Position numbers and translations under genes: made by a program. Source: Candidatus Phoenicimicrobium oleiphilum (lineage in GTDB: Bacteria > Atribacterota > Phoenicimicrobiia > Phoenicimicrobiales > Phoenicimicrobiaceae). From it: 47,314 nucleotides of DNA. Positions 31,679 to 43,163 of this stretch are shown here, piece by piece (within the stretch, counting starts at the first letter, position 1; the number at the start of each line of letters is the position of its first letter). The stretch is taken from assembly GCA_039638295.1 (NCBI GenBank), contig JBDIWJ010000009.1:1-47314 (forward strand). The letters run 5' to 3'. The notes under the pieces were generated by a model, which had not been told where the DNA came from, made no database searches, and saw only the letters and a program-made list of their open reading frames with translations.

Positions 31679-31710
31679 GAATAATAAGGTAATAAGGAGG
31701 AAAGATTATC

Positions 31711-32679
31711 TTGGAAGTGAAATTAAAAGAAAAAGAAAAGTTTGAGGATGAAACAGTTATTTCGGAAAGACCTGAGGTAAATCTATGGAAAGATGCCTTT
31801 CGAAGAATGTGTAAAAATAAAATGGCTGTACTGGGTGCGATAATTATTATGGTCTTGTTTATTATTGCTGTTTTTGCCCCTTACATTGCTCCTTATCATT
31901 ATGCCGAAGGCAGCCTAAAAGATAATTTTGCTCGACCAGGGTCTAAATTTTTATTGGGAGCTGATTTTATGGGCAGGGATCTCTTAAGTAGAATTATTTA
32001 CGGCACCAGAATATCATTAAGTGTAGGAATAGTTGGAGCTGTTACTGCTTTTCTAATTGGAGTGTTTTACGGAGTTGTTTCGGGGTATTATGGCGGGAAA
32101 GTAGATAATATTATGATGCGTATTGTAGATATTATGTATGGTTTCCCTACTTTACTATTAATTATTTTATTAATGGTTCTCTTTAAGTCTACTTTTGCCA
32201 TTGCTACTCCTGGGACCTTTGCTGGATTCCTTAATAATATTGATAGGGCATTTGGGGGGTTATTCTTTATTTTTATTGGTATAGGAGTTACTGCCTGGCT
32301 TGGGATGGCTCGAATTTCACGAGGAATGGCTCTCTCCTTACGGGAAAAGGAATTTATAGAAGCCGCTCGGGCGACAGGAAACAGTAATTTACAGATAATG
32401 TTAAAACATGTATTACCCAACTTGATAGGCCCCTGTATTGTAAGAGTGACCTTAGCAATACCTGGATATATTACTTTTGAGGCATTTTTAAGTTTTATTG
32501 GTTTAGGAGTAAATCCTCCCACTCCAAGTTGGGGGATGATGATTTCAGAGGGATATCAAGCAATGCGTTCTTACCCTCATTTGGCAATATATCCTGGATT
32601 GGCTTTAGCTATTACTATGTTGGCTTTTAATTTTTTGGGTGATGGATTGCGTGATGCTTTAGATCCTCGTATGAAATAA
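31711..32679 (+). CDS. oppC: Oligopeptide ABC transporter permease
   Basis: GRDLLSR, EFIEAARATG, PTPSWG, LGDGLRDALDP. Confidence 0.93.
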   Translation: MEVKLKEKEKFEDETVISERPEVNLWKDAFRRMCKNKMAVLGAIIIMVLFIIAVFAPYIAPYHYAEGSLKDNFARPGSKFLLGADFMGRDLLSRIIYGTRISLSVGIVGAVTAFLIGVFYGVVSGYYGGKVDNIMMRIVDIMYGFPTLLLIILLMVLFKSTFAIATPGTFAGFLNNIDRAFGGLFFIFIGIGVTAWLGMARISRGMALSLREKEFIEAARATGNSNLQIMLKHVLPNLIGPCIVRVTLAIPGYITFEAFLSFIGLGVNPPTPSWGMMISEGYQAMRSYPHLAIYPGLALAITMLAFNFLGDGLRDALDPRMK

Positions 32680-32700
32680 ATAAATTTAAGATAGATTTTT

Positions 32701-32776
32701 GCGCCCGTGGCTCAATGGATAGAGCAGGGGCTTCCTAAGCCCTTGGTTGGAAGTTCGACTCTTCCCGGGCGCACCA
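32701..32776 (+). tRNA. tRNA-Arg(CCT)
   Basis: GCGCCCG acceptor, TTCCTAA anticodon loop, GTTCGACTC, CCA end. Confidence 0.93.
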
Positions 32777-32792
32777 CTTAAAGGATTTTTAA

Positions 32793-34469
32793 ATGAAAAT
32801 AAATTTAACCGATGAAATTAAGAAAATTTTATTGAATTCTATTGAAAAAAATATAAGACAGGGTAATTTTCATATTAAGGATGTTCCTGAGATAATATTA
32901 TTAACCCCTAAAAATAAGACTTATGGCGATCTATCCACTAATATAGCTATGCAATTATCCCGAGAATTGAGGTTAAAACCGCTGGATATTGCTAATTTTA
33001 TTGTGAATGATTTAGATATTCAAGATACAATTATTGATAAAGTTAAAATTGCCGGTCCAGGTTTTATAAACTTATGGTTAAAAGAAAATTGGTTATATCA
33101 AACCTTGAATGAGATTAGGGAAAAGGGAGATGATTATGGCAAGGTAGATTTGGGAAAAAGAGAAAAGGTTCAGGTTGAGTTTGTCAGTGTTAACCCTACT
33201 GGCCCCTTACATGTTGGTCATGGAAAATGTGCTGCAGTAGGAGATGCTTTATGTAATATATTAAAGGCAGCAGGATATGAAGTAGAAAAAGAATATTATA
33301 TAAACGACCAGGGAAGACAGATTGATCTCCTGGGACAATCAGTTCAAGCAAGATATAATAATCTTTTAGGAGAAAAGATGGAATTCCCTGTTGACGGATA
33401 TAAAGGTGAGTACATTGTTGATATAGCCAAAGAGGTTATAGATAAATTTCAAGATAAGTATAAAGGAAGAGACGACCAGGAAAGTCGGGAGTTTTTTAAA
33501 GAATTTACTTTGAGGAAGATCTTAGAAGGAATCAAAAAAGATTTAAAAGATTTTGGAGTAGAGTTTGACGTTTGGTTTAGTGAGAGGTCACTTTATGAAC
33601 AAAATAAACTCCAGGAAGTTATGGAATTACTTAAGCAGAGAGGTTTCCTGTATAAAAAAGAAGGTGCATTCTGGTTAAAAACTACTGTATTTGGTGATGA
33701 AAAAGATAGAGTAGTAATTCGGGAGAATGATATACCTACTTATTTTGCTTCTGATATAGTTTATCATCAAAATAAGTATCAAAGAGGGTTTGATAAAGTA
33801 ATAGATATTTGGGGTGCTGATCATCACGGTTACATAAAAAGGATGAAAGCAGCAATTCAAGCATTAGGTTATCCGGAAGATTTTTTAGAAGTATTAATTG
33901 TGCAATTTGTAACTCTCATAAGAGAGGGCAAGGAAGTAGGAATGTCTACTCGAGGAGGGGAATTTGTTACCCTGAGAGATTTAGTCCGAGAAGTTGGTAA
34001 AGACGTAGCGCGTTATTTCTTTTTGATGAGAAGTTATGATAGTCATACGGAATTTGACTTAGATGTGGCAAAATCTCAATCAATGGAAAATCCAGTCTAT
34101 TATATTCAATATGCGTATGCTCGAATATGTAGTATAATAAAAAAAGCAAAAGAATCGGGGATAAGAATTGATAAAGGCGAGAAGGTTAATCTTCAATTAT
34201 TAAATAAAGAAGAAGAATTCGAATTGATTAAAAAACTATCTTCGTTAAAAGAAGTAATCAAAAAGGTTGCGTTAACTTGGAAACCGCATCTTTTAACCAC
34301 TTATCTTTATGATTTAGCCTCCTCGTTTCATAGATATTATACTGTGCATCGGGTAATTACTGATGATAAAGAATTAACCAAAGCTCGTTTGATATTAATT
34401 GATTGTACCAGAATAGTATTATTTAATACTCTTAAGATTTTGGGAATTTCAGCTCCAGAGAGAATGTGA
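32793..34469 (+). CDS. argS: Arginine--tRNA ligase
   Basis: AGPGFIN, VEFVSVNPTGPLHVGH, GADHHGY, MSTRGG, YIQYAYAR, SAPERM. Confidence 0.97.
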   Translation: MKINLTDEIKKILLNSIEKNIRQGNFHIKDVPEIILLTPKNKTYGDLSTNIAMQLSRELRLKPLDIANFIVNDLDIQDTIIDKVKIAGPGFINLWLKENWLYQTLNEIREKGDDYGKVDLGKREKVQVEFVSVNPTGPLHVGHGKCAAVGDALCNILKAAGYEVEKEYYINDQGRQIDLLGQSVQARYNNLLGEKMEFPVDGYKGEYIVDIAKEVIDKFQDKYKGRDDQESREFFKEFTLRKILEGIKKDLKDFGVEFDVWFSERSLYEQNKLQEVMELLKQRGFLYKKEGAFWLKTTVFGDEKDRVVIRENDIPTYFASDIVYHQNKYQRGFDKVIDIWGADHHGYIKRMKAAIQALGYPEDFLEVLIVQFVTLIREGKEVGMSTRGGEFVTLRDLVREVGKDVARYFFLMRSYDSHTEFDLDVAKSQSMENPVYYIQYAYARICSIIKKAKESGIRIDKGEKVNLQLLNKEEEFELIKKLSSLKEVIKKVALTWKPHLLTTYLYDLASSFHRYYTVHRVITDDKELTKARLILIDCTRIVLFNTLKILGISAPERM

Positions 34470-34470
34470 T

Positions 34471-34748
34471 ATAGTCGTTAGTTAATAGTGAATAGTATAT
34501 AGCGAAAAACGAAAAGTACAAAACTAAATTCGTTTCTTGCATTATGCAGATAGAATTAGTAATGAGTGATATGTAATAGGTGATAAGTTAATATTGTTTA
34601 GTTTATAGTTAATAATTGCAAGTTACAAGTTTGCAGACAGGAGTTGGAGAGGTAGGGGCATGGTGTTGCTAGATTAACTGGTAAACCGGCTAACTGGTAA
34701 ACTGGGCAACTAAATACTAACGACTATTCACTAACAACTAACGAATAT
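34471..34748. repeat. Modular element closed by 26 bp terminal inverted repeats
   Basis: ATAGTCGTTAGTTAATAGTGAATAGT vs ACTATTCACTAACAACTAACGAATAT (23/26 complementary). Confidence 0.85.
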
Positions 34749-34768
34749 GTAGGAGAGGTTAAAAGCAA

Positions 34769-35656
34769 TTGGATAAAACCAGATTTGTAATAATTACTGG
34801 GCTGTCAGGGGCAGGGAAGAGTATAGCGGTTAAGTGTTTTGAGGATTCAGGTTTTTTTTGTGTAGATAATATTCCTTCTCAATTAATCCTTAAATTTGCA
34901 GAGATTTGTTTAAAATCAAGGGGTAAGTTGTCTAAAATCGCTTTAGTGGTTGATATAAGAGGAGGGATATTCTTTAAAGATTTATTCAAATCACTTAATT
35001 ATTTAAAAGAATTGGGAATTAATCGAGAAATCCTATTTTTGGAAGCGAGTGATGAAGTATTAATTCGTCGATTTAGCGGTACCAGAAGAAAACATCCATT
35101 AAATATCTCCAGCAGTATTTTAGAAAATATCCAGGCAGAGAGAGAACAATTAAAAGAATTAAGATCGCAAGCTGATTTAATAATAGATACTTCAGATTTA
35201 ACTCCTAAGCAATTGAGTAACGAAATCATTAGAAGTTTTATAAAAAGAAAAAGGCAGGAAATTCAGATAACCCTCATTTCTTTTGGCTATAAATATGGTA
35301 TTCCCATTGATGTAGATATAGTTTTCGATGTTAGGTTTCTTCCCAATCCTTTTTATATAGAAAAATTAAAAGTTTTGCCCGGGACAAATAAGGAAATTGA
35401 AAAGTATGTATCTGAATTTCCGGTAACCCAACATTTTATAAAAGTTTATTTTGATTTGCTGGATTATTTAATCCCTTATTACCTTAAAGAAGGTAAGACT
35501 TATCTGTCTATTGCATTTGGATGTACGGGAGGCAGACACAGATCGGTAGTTCTAATAAATAGCTTTGCCAAGTATTTACGGGAAAGAGGGTATAAAATAT
35601 TTGTAAAACACCGAGATATGGAAAAAGAAGAAATAAAAATCGAACGTGATTTATGA
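34769..35656 (+). CDS. rapZ: RNase adapter RapZ/YvcJ (P-loop)
   Basis: ITGLSGAGKS, CVDN.P, TRRKHPL, DVRFLPNP, GCTGGRHRSV. Confidence 0.93.
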   Translation: MDKTRFVIITGLSGAGKSIAVKCFEDSGFFCVDNIPSQLILKFAEICLKSRGKLSKIALVVDIRGGIFFKDLFKSLNYLKELGINREILFLEASDEVLIRRFSGTRRKHPLNISSSILENIQAEREQLKELRSQADLIIDTSDLTPKQLSNEIIRSFIKRKRQEIQITLISFGYKYGIPIDVDIVFDVRFLPNPFYIEKLKVLPGTNKEIEKYVSEFPVTQHFIKVYFDLLDYLIPYYLKEGKTYLSIAFGCTGGRHRSVVLINSFAKYLRERGYKIFVKHRDMEKEEIKIERDL

Positions 35657-36636
35657 AGATATTTAGAGTCAAAAATCAATTAAATAAAGGACCAAGAATC
35701 GTAGTTATTGGAGGAGGAACAGGTCTTTATGTTCTATTACGAGGGTTAAAGAAATTTACCAATAATATTACTGCAGTGGTTACAGTATTTGATACTGGTG
35801 GAAGTTCGGGAAGGCTAAGAAAAGAATTAGGGGTTCTTCCGCCTGGGGACATCAGGAATTGTTTAGTTGCTTTAGCTACTGCTGAACCGTTAATGGAAAG
35901 GTTGTTCCAATACCGTTTTACTAATGGCAGCTTGAAGGGACATAGTTTTGGAAACTTATTTCTTAGTGCAATGTCAGAAGTGAGTGGAGATTTTATAAAG
36001 GCAATAGAAAAATCAAGTGAAATACTTGCAATTCGAGGAAAAGTTTTACCTTCTTCTTTAAAAAATGTTACTTTATCTGCTAAAATGAAAGAAGGAATAG
36101 TTGTTAAAGGAGAAACAGAGATAACTCAGAGTAGTAGAGTTATTGATAAGATATATTTAGAGCCTTCACCCGTATTACCCTTACCTGAAACTTTGAAAGC
36201 CATAGAGGAAGCAGAAGTTATTGTATTAGGACCAGGTAGCCTTTATACTAGTGTAATATGTAATCTTTTAGTAGAAGGAATACCAAAAGCAATTGTTAAC
36301 TCTACTGCGGTAAAAATATATGTCTGTAATGTTATGACCCAGAAAGGAGAAACAGATAATTATACTGCTTCACAACATTTAAGGGAAGTAGAAAAGTATT
36401 TAGGATCCAATTGTATCAATTATATTATAGTAAATACTGCAAAAATTGATACTGAATTAAAAAAGAAATATGCTCAAGAAGGTTCATATCAAGTAGTTGT
36501 TGATAAATCAGAAATATTGAAGACAGGTGTTAAGTTGGTAAGTAGGGAATTATGGCTTGATCAAAATTTGGCGAGACATGATTCAGATAAGTTAGCCCAA
36601 ACAATTATTGATTTAATATTGGAGAGGAAGAGTTAA
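35653..36636 (+). CDS. yvcK: Gluconeogenesis factor YvcK/GlmR (CofD-related)
   Basis: IGGGTG, D.GGSSG.LR, PGDIRN, GHSFGNL, GPGSLYTS, RHD. Confidence 0.92.
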   Translation: MKIFRVKNQLNKGPRIVVIGGGTGLYVLLRGLKKFTNNITAVVTVFDTGGSSGRLRKELGVLPPGDIRNCLVALATAEPLMERLFQYRFTNGSLKGHSFGNLFLSAMSEVSGDFIKAIEKSSEILAIRGKVLPSSLKNVTLSAKMKEGIVVKGETEITQSSRVIDKIYLEPSPVLPLPETLKAIEEAEVIVLGPGSLYTSVICNLLVEGIPKAIVNSTAVKIYVCNVMTQKGETDNYTASQHLREVEKYLGSNCINYIIVNTAKIDTELKKKYAQEGSYQVVVDKSEILKTGVKLVSRELWLDQNLARHDSDKLAQTIIDLILERKS

Positions 36637-37560
36637 GTGTTATTTTTTTATCGAGTAAAAAATGAGTTAGCCAGAATTGTTCCCAAAAATATATATGAAA
36701 AGAGAGGTGAATTACTGGCTTTTATACAATTAAGGGGTAGAACTGCTATAAAAGATAAAAAAATGGATTTAAATATTATCTTGGAAGACCCTGCTATAAC
36801 TCGGACAGCTTATAATTTAATCAAACAAGTCTTTAAAATTCATCCTGTAATAAAGACAGAACATTTGTCTAATAATGAAAAACACTATGTAATTGAAATA
36901 TCACTTGTAAAAGGATATGAAAGAATATTTCAGGAGTTTAATCAAATCTATGAGCAATCTATAAAAGAGAAAAGATTTATTTTAAATAATAATTTTTTTT
37001 CGAAAGTAGCATACTTGAGAGGAGCCTTTTTGGTAAATGGTTTTGTAAATGACCCAGAAAAGATGTATCATTTAGAAATTTCGGTTAATGACGAGATTGA
37101 GGCAAATTTTATTCATATTCTTTTTAACTTTTATCATTTAAACTCTCGAGTTAGTTTTTGGAAGAAGAAATGGCTGGTATATTTAAAAAAAGGTGATAGT
37201 ATCTTTGAATTTCTACGTTTGATTGGCGTTCAAAATGCTTTATTATACTATCAAGATATTAGGGCTAGAAAAGATATGGTAAATACAGTAAATAGATTAG
37301 TTAATTGTGAGACAGCTAATTTAGATAAAACAATCTTTTCTGCAGTTGAACAATTGCATAAAATAGATATAATAGAAAGGAAAGTGGGATTAAAAAATAT
37401 CCCACCTAAATTAGCTAAAGTAGCTGAAATCAGAAAAAAATTACCTTATGCTAGTTTGCGGGAAATGGTTGAAGAGGTAGATTATGAAATTACCAAATCG
37501 GGAATTTACCATCGTTTAAAGAAAATTTCTCAAATAGCTGATGAGTTACTCGAAAGCTAA
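36637..37560 (+). CDS. whiA: DNA-binding protein WhiA
   Basis: YLRGAFL..G...DP...YHLEI, NRLVNCETAN, TKSGI.HRL. Confidence 0.92.
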   Translation: MLFFYRVKNELARIVPKNIYEKRGELLAFIQLRGRTAIKDKKMDLNIILEDPAITRTAYNLIKQVFKIHPVIKTEHLSNNEKHYVIEISLVKGYERIFQEFNQIYEQSIKEKRFILNNNFFSKVAYLRGAFLVNGFVNDPEKMYHLEISVNDEIEANFIHILFNFYHLNSRVSFWKKKWLVYLKKGDSIFEFLRLIGVQNALLYYQDIRARKDMVNTVNRLVNCETANLDKTIFSAVEQLHKIDIIERKVGLKNIPPKLAKVAEIRKKLPYASLREMVEEVDYEITKSGIYHRLKKISQIADELLES

Positions 37561-37577
37561 AAAATAGTATATTCTAA

Positions 37578-37669
37578 CAAGATTGTCAGGAAAAGTTTTA
37601 TATGAAATCGAAATGGAGTAAAAGGGAGATAGAGGGATTTCAGGGGAGTCTACCACCCCGACAATCTTG
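37578..37669 (+). repeat. Inverted-repeat-bounded element, copy 4 (closest to copy 1)
   Basis: CAAGATTGTCAGGAAAAGTTTTATATGAAATCGAAATGGAGTAAAA...CCCGACAATCTTG. Confidence 0.85.
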
Positions 37670-37699
37670 AAAAAATAATAATAAGGAAGGGGAAATAAA

Positions 37700-38800
37700 A
37701 TGGCAAATGTTATTTTAAAAAATTTTACAAAAAAATTTAAAGATGTAACTGCAGTAGATAATGTAAATCTAGAGATAAAGGATAAGGAATTTGCAGTCTT
37801 AGTCGGCCCCTCTGGTTGTGGTAAGACCACAACCCTAAGGGCAATTGCAGGATTAGAAGAAGTAACCTCAGGAGAGATATATATTGGAGATAGGTTGGTA
37901 AATGATGTTCAACCTAAAGATAGAGATATTGCTATGGTCTTCCAGAACTACGCTCTCTATCCTCATATGGATGTTTACAATAACATGGCATTTGGATTAA
38001 AATTGCGGAAATTTCCCAAGAAGGAGATTGATCAAAGAGTGCAGGAAGCAGCTGAAATTTTAGGAATAGAAAATTTATTAGATAGAAAGCCCAAGCAACT
38101 CTCTGGTGGACAACGACAGCGAGTAGCAGTAGGAAGGGCTATAGTGAGAAAACCAAAAGTATTTTTATTTGATGAACCTCTTTCGAACTTAGATGCCAAG
38201 CTAAGAGTAGCTATGAGAGCAGAAATCAGCAAGCTTCACCGTAGATTAGAGGCTACTATAATTTATGTAACCCATGATCAGGTAGAGGCGATGACCATGG
38301 CGAATAGAATATTTATTATGAATGATGGTCGCCTGCAACAATCAGGTTCACCTTTAGAAGTTTATAAAAAACCGGCTAACAAATTTGTAGCTGGTTTTAT
38401 TGGTTCTCCAGCAATGAATTTTATAGATTCTAAGATTATTAAAGAGAATGGAGACTATTTTATCGATGCAGAAAGCTTTAAAGTAAAACTTCCCCAGTCT
38501 TTTTATTCTAAAATATCGGCTTATGAAGGTAAAGAAGTGATTTTTGGGGTAAGACCGGAGGATATTCATGATAAAAAATTCTTTTCTGAGGCTTCACCTT
38601 CTAATACTCTGAAGGTTAAAGTAGATGTAATTGAACCTTTGGGTGCAGAGGTCTTTATTTACCTTGCTTGTGGTAAGCATTCTCTAATAGGGAAAATGGA
38701 TACTCGCACTCAAGTGGAAGTGGAACAAAATATGGAAGTAGTAGTAGATATGGAAAAGACTCATATTTTTGATCCCAAAACTTTATTAACTATAGTGTGA
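37700..38800 (+). CDS. Sugar ABC transporter ATPase (MalK/MsmX/UgpC family)
   Basis: [40 protein letters not shown]. Confidence 0.93.
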   Translation: MANVILKNFTKKFKDVTAVDNVNLEIKDKEFAVLVGPSGCGKTTTLRAIAGLEEVTSGEIYIGDRLVNDVQPKDRDIAMVFQNYALYPHMDVYNNMAFGLKLRKFPKKEIDQRVQEAAEILGIENLLDRKPKQLSGGQRQRVAVGRAIVRKPKVFLFDEPLSNLDAKLRVAMRAEISKLHRRLEATIIYVTHDQVEAMTMANRIFIMNDGRLQQSGSPLEVYKKPANKFVAGFIGSPAMNFIDSKIIKENGDYFIDAESFKVKLPQSFYSKISAYEGKEVIFGVRPEDIHDKKFFSEASPSNTLKVKVDVIEPLGAEVFIYLACGKHSLIGKMDTRTQVEVEQNMEVVVDMEKTHIFDPKTLLTIV

Positions 38801-38926
38801 CTAAAGTATAATTAATTAAATATATAGTTATTTTCCAAAAAGCCAAAAATATTTTCAAAATATTATATGTATGGTATGCTAAAGATAATATTATAGCAAA
38901 TTATAATTTTTGGTTATAATTAAGTT

Positions 38927-39000
38927 GTAGGGGCACAATGAATTGTGCCCTAGCCATATTATTTAATTTATCCTTGGGGCACAATACATCGTGCCCCTAC
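38927..39000. repeat. GTAG-type REP doublet (REPIN)
   Basis: GTAGGGGCACAATGAATTGTGCCC...GGGGCACAATACATCGTGCCCCTAC. Confidence 0.85.
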
Positions 39001-39111
39001 ATTAACATTTTGTTTGCTTTTATAGGTTGCAATCAAAATAATACACTATTATATATATTTACAATTTTTAAAAAACAACATTATTAATGGGTTATGATAA
39101 ATGAGTGAAAT

Positions 39112-40599
39112 ATGAAATATGAACTATCAGTAAAACAAAAACAAAAACTAATTCTTACTCCCCAGTTGTATCAGGCAATAAATATATTACAATTGAATTT
39201 AGTAGAATTAAGAAATTTAATTGATAAAGAACTGGTAGAAAATCCTTTATTAGAAGTTAATCAAGTGGTAAATTCTGAAGCAGAAAATGTAATCCAGAAG
39301 GAAAATTCTAATAGCAAAATTGAAAATAAAGACGAAAATGCGGAAGAAAATAACTTTAAGGATTGGCTAAGTTATCTGGAGGAAAAAGGCAATCAACCCT
39401 TTTTAGAAAAATCAATTTTGAAAAAGGAAAATAGTTTCGAGAATTTTATTCATTATGGAGAATCATTACAAGATTATTTATTAATTCAATTAGGTATGAC
39501 TGTAAACAATAACATAGATTACAAGATTGGCGAGTATTTAATAGGCAATATTGATGATAATGGTTATTTGACTATTAGTTTAGAAGATATTTCTCATGAC
39601 CTGAATGTAAAAATAGATAAAATAGAAGAAATATTATTTTTAATTCAAAGTTTTGATCCACCCGGAGTTGGAGCAAGAAACTTAGAAGAATGTTTATTGA
39701 TTCAAGCAAAATATCTGGGTATTAATGATGTCCATATAGAGAAGATAATAAAAGACCATTTAGATGATTTAGCTCGAAAAGCATATCAAAAAATTGCTAA
39801 AGATTTGGAAATATCAGTTTCTGGAATTCAATCTTTAGCTGATATAATCAAAAAAAGCTTTGATCCCAAACCAGGGAGGAGAATAGATAATTTAAAGGAA
39901 ACTAAATATATTATTCCGGATTTAACCCTAATAAGGGAGGAGGGCGGTAGGTATAGATTACTTCTGAATGAGGATTATTTACCTCAAATAAAGATAAATC
40001 CTTTATATAAAAAATATTTATGTTTAGATAATATTAAATCTCCAGAGGGTATTGAAGAATTAGTCGGTAGAAAAGATATTTCTGGTCACGAAACTAAAGA
40101 CACTATTGAATATGTTAAAGAAAAATTGCAATCAGCGAGGTCTTTGATTAAAGGGATAGAACAAAGAAAAAAAACCATATATCGGATTGCAGAGATTTTA
40201 ATAGATTACCAAAAAGAATTTTTAGATAAAGGTATTTTATATATTAGACCTCTATCTTTAAAAGAAGTTGCAGATAAGTTAGGTATTCACGAATCTACTG
40301 TATCCAGGGCGATTCATAATAAAATTATTCAAACTCCACGGGGAGTTTTTAAAATGAAATTTTTCTTTTCTAAAGGAGTAAATACAAAAGGGGGAGATAT
40401 TGTTTCTACTGACAAAGTAAGAAGATTAATAAAAGAGTTTATTGAGAAGGAAAATCCTTTAAAACCTTGGAGTGATCAAAAATTAACAGAGTTATTGAGT
40501 AAGAAAGAGAAGATAAAAATCTCCCGGCGAACAGTTACTAAATATCGGGAGATGTTAAAAATACCATCTTCTAATATGCGTAAAAGATTTGATATTTAG
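39112..40599 (+). CDS. rpoN: RNA polymerase sigma-54 factor
   Basis: Gln/Leu-rich region I, DPPGVGARNL.ECL, HESTVSRA, RpoN box SRRTVTKYRE. Confidence 0.95.
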   Translation: MKYELSVKQKQKLILTPQLYQAINILQLNLVELRNLIDKELVENPLLEVNQVVNSEAENVIQKENSNSKIENKDENAEENNFKDWLSYLEEKGNQPFLEKSILKKENSFENFIHYGESLQDYLLIQLGMTVNNNIDYKIGEYLIGNIDDNGYLTISLEDISHDLNVKIDKIEEILFLIQSFDPPGVGARNLEECLLIQAKYLGINDVHIEKIIKDHLDDLARKAYQKIAKDLEISVSGIQSLADIIKKSFDPKPGRRIDNLKETKYIIPDLTLIREEGGRYRLLLNEDYLPQIKINPLYKKYLCLDNIKSPEGIEELVGRKDISGHETKDTIEYVKEKLQSARSLIKGIEQRKKTIYRIAEILIDYQKEFLDKGILYIRPLSLKEVADKLGIHESTVSRAIHNKIIQTPRGVFKMKFFFSKGVNTKGGDIVSTDKVRRLIKEFIEKENPLKPWSDQKLTELLSKKEKIKISRRTVTKYREMLKIPSSNMRKRFDI

Positions 40600-40703
40600 T
40601 TAACTGGTTATTTGGTTAATAAATCAATATCAAACAGGTTAACGCACTATCTAACCAGGAACTAGTTAACCAGCTACCCAAAAAGTACTAATTAAAAAAA
40701 TAA

Positions 40704-41711
<1,008 letters not shown>

Positions 41712-41719
41712 AAAATATA

Positions 41720-41920
41720 GTATCTCGTTAAGATGGTTAGCTAGTTAGCTAGTATACCGGTTATCTGGTTTAAGAATTAAATTATTTCTATTAAATGTAT
41801 CGAGTATCTCTAATCTTTTAACTTGAGAACTTGTATTTGGAATTAACGAATAAAATTAACTGGTTAAATGGCAAACGGGGTAACTGGGTAACTATTATAT
41901 ACGAGATACGAATAACGAAT
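41720..41920. repeat. Modular palindromic element filling the gap-tpiA spacer
   Basis: GTATCTCGT..(TAGTTAGC/CTGGTT)n left arm; (AACTGGGT)n..ACGAGATAC right arm. Confidence 0.78.
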
Positions 41921-41943
41921 CAATCAATTGGAGGGTTAAAAGA

Positions 41944-42705
41944 ATGCGTATTCCAGTAATTGCTGGGAATTGGAAGATGAATAAAACAGTAGTAGAGTCA
42001 ATTGCTTTAGTTAAAGAGCTAACAGATTTTGTTAGGAGAATTCAAGGGGTAGATATTGTAGTTTGCCCTCCCTTTACCTCTCTTTGGGTGGTTAAAGATA
42101 CAATCAGCGGAACAAATATTCATTTGGGAGCTCAAAATATGCATTGGGAAACTAAAGGGGCATTTACTGGAGAAATATCTCCTCTTATGCTTAAAGATGT
42201 AGGTTGTGAATATGTGATATTAGGACACTCCGAAAGAAGAGGATATTTTAAAGAGACTTCGGAAGAAGTAGCTAAAAAAGTTAAAGCTGCTTTTTCAGTA
42301 AATCTCATACCAATTGTATGTGTAGGTGAAAATTTAGATGAGAGAGAAAGTGGAAAAACTAAAAGTATAATAGAAGAGGAGATTAAGGCTCTATTTTTGG
42401 AGATTGATTCCACTTTAGCCAGGGGAATGATTATAGCTTATGAACCTATATGGGCTATTGGTACAGGTAAATCTGCTAGCCCCCAAGATGCTAATTTGAT
42501 AAATAAATTTATTAGGGAGTTATTTTCTTCCCAATATGGAAGTAAAATAGGTGAACAGGTAAAAATATTATATGGTGGGAGTGTAAACTCTGAAAATATT
42601 AAAGGTTTTATGGATGAGCCTGACATTGATGGTGCTTTAGTTGGTGGAGCAAGTTTAAATGCTTTGAGCTTTTCTCAGATAGTAAGAGCAGCTGAAATAC
42701 TATAA
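41944..42705 (+). CDS. tpiA: Triosephosphate isomerase
   Basis: AGNWKM, GHSERR, AYEPIWAIGTG, YGGSV, LVGGASL. Confidence 0.97.
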   Translation: MRIPVIAGNWKMNKTVVESIALVKELTDFVRRIQGVDIVVCPPFTSLWVVKDTISGTNIHLGAQNMHWETKGAFTGEISPLMLKDVGCEYVILGHSERRGYFKETSEEVAKKVKAAFSVNLIPIVCVGENLDERESGKTKSIIEEEIKALFLEIDSTLARGMIIAYEPIWAIGTGKSASPQDANLINKFIRELFSSQYGSKIGEQVKILYGGSVNSENIKGFMDEPDIDGALVGGASLNALSFSQIVRAAEIL

Positions 42706-42914
42706 AATTAACATAAACTTTTTTATAATTTCCCCTGCTTTCGCAGGGGCAGGCCTCGTAAAATATGTACTCATAAAAATGAGTAATGGGGGATACGAAA
42801 TAAGAGTATTTATCTTGAAGTTAAAATATAATTGTGTTAAAATAAAAATCCAAAATTCAAACTAAAGAAAAAATATATAAATTGCGAAGAAATAATTAGT
42901 AAAGGAGCTATAAG

Positions 42915-43139
42915 ATGTCTACTGTATTAATGTCTATTCAAATTATAATAAGTATAGCTTTAATTTTGACAGTAATACTTCAACAAAGAAAATCAAGCAG
43001 AGCTTCAGGTATATTTGGTGGAGGAACAACTGCTGACTATGGAGGGAAGAAAGGTAGGGAAGCATTTTTAATAAAGCTTACTGCTATTGTAGCCATACTT
43101 TTTATGTTATCTTCTCTCTTACTTAGCTTAATTAAATAA
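42915..43139 (+). CDS. secG: Preprotein translocase subunit SecG
   Basis: Two TM helices with ILQQ..SG.FGGG loop; follows tpiA. Confidence 0.88.
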   Translation: MSTVLMSIQIIISIALILTVILQQRKSSRASGIFGGGTTADYGGKKGREAFLIKLTAIVAILFMLSSLLLSLIK

Positions 43140-43163
43140 ATAGAAGGAATTACTTTATTTAGA

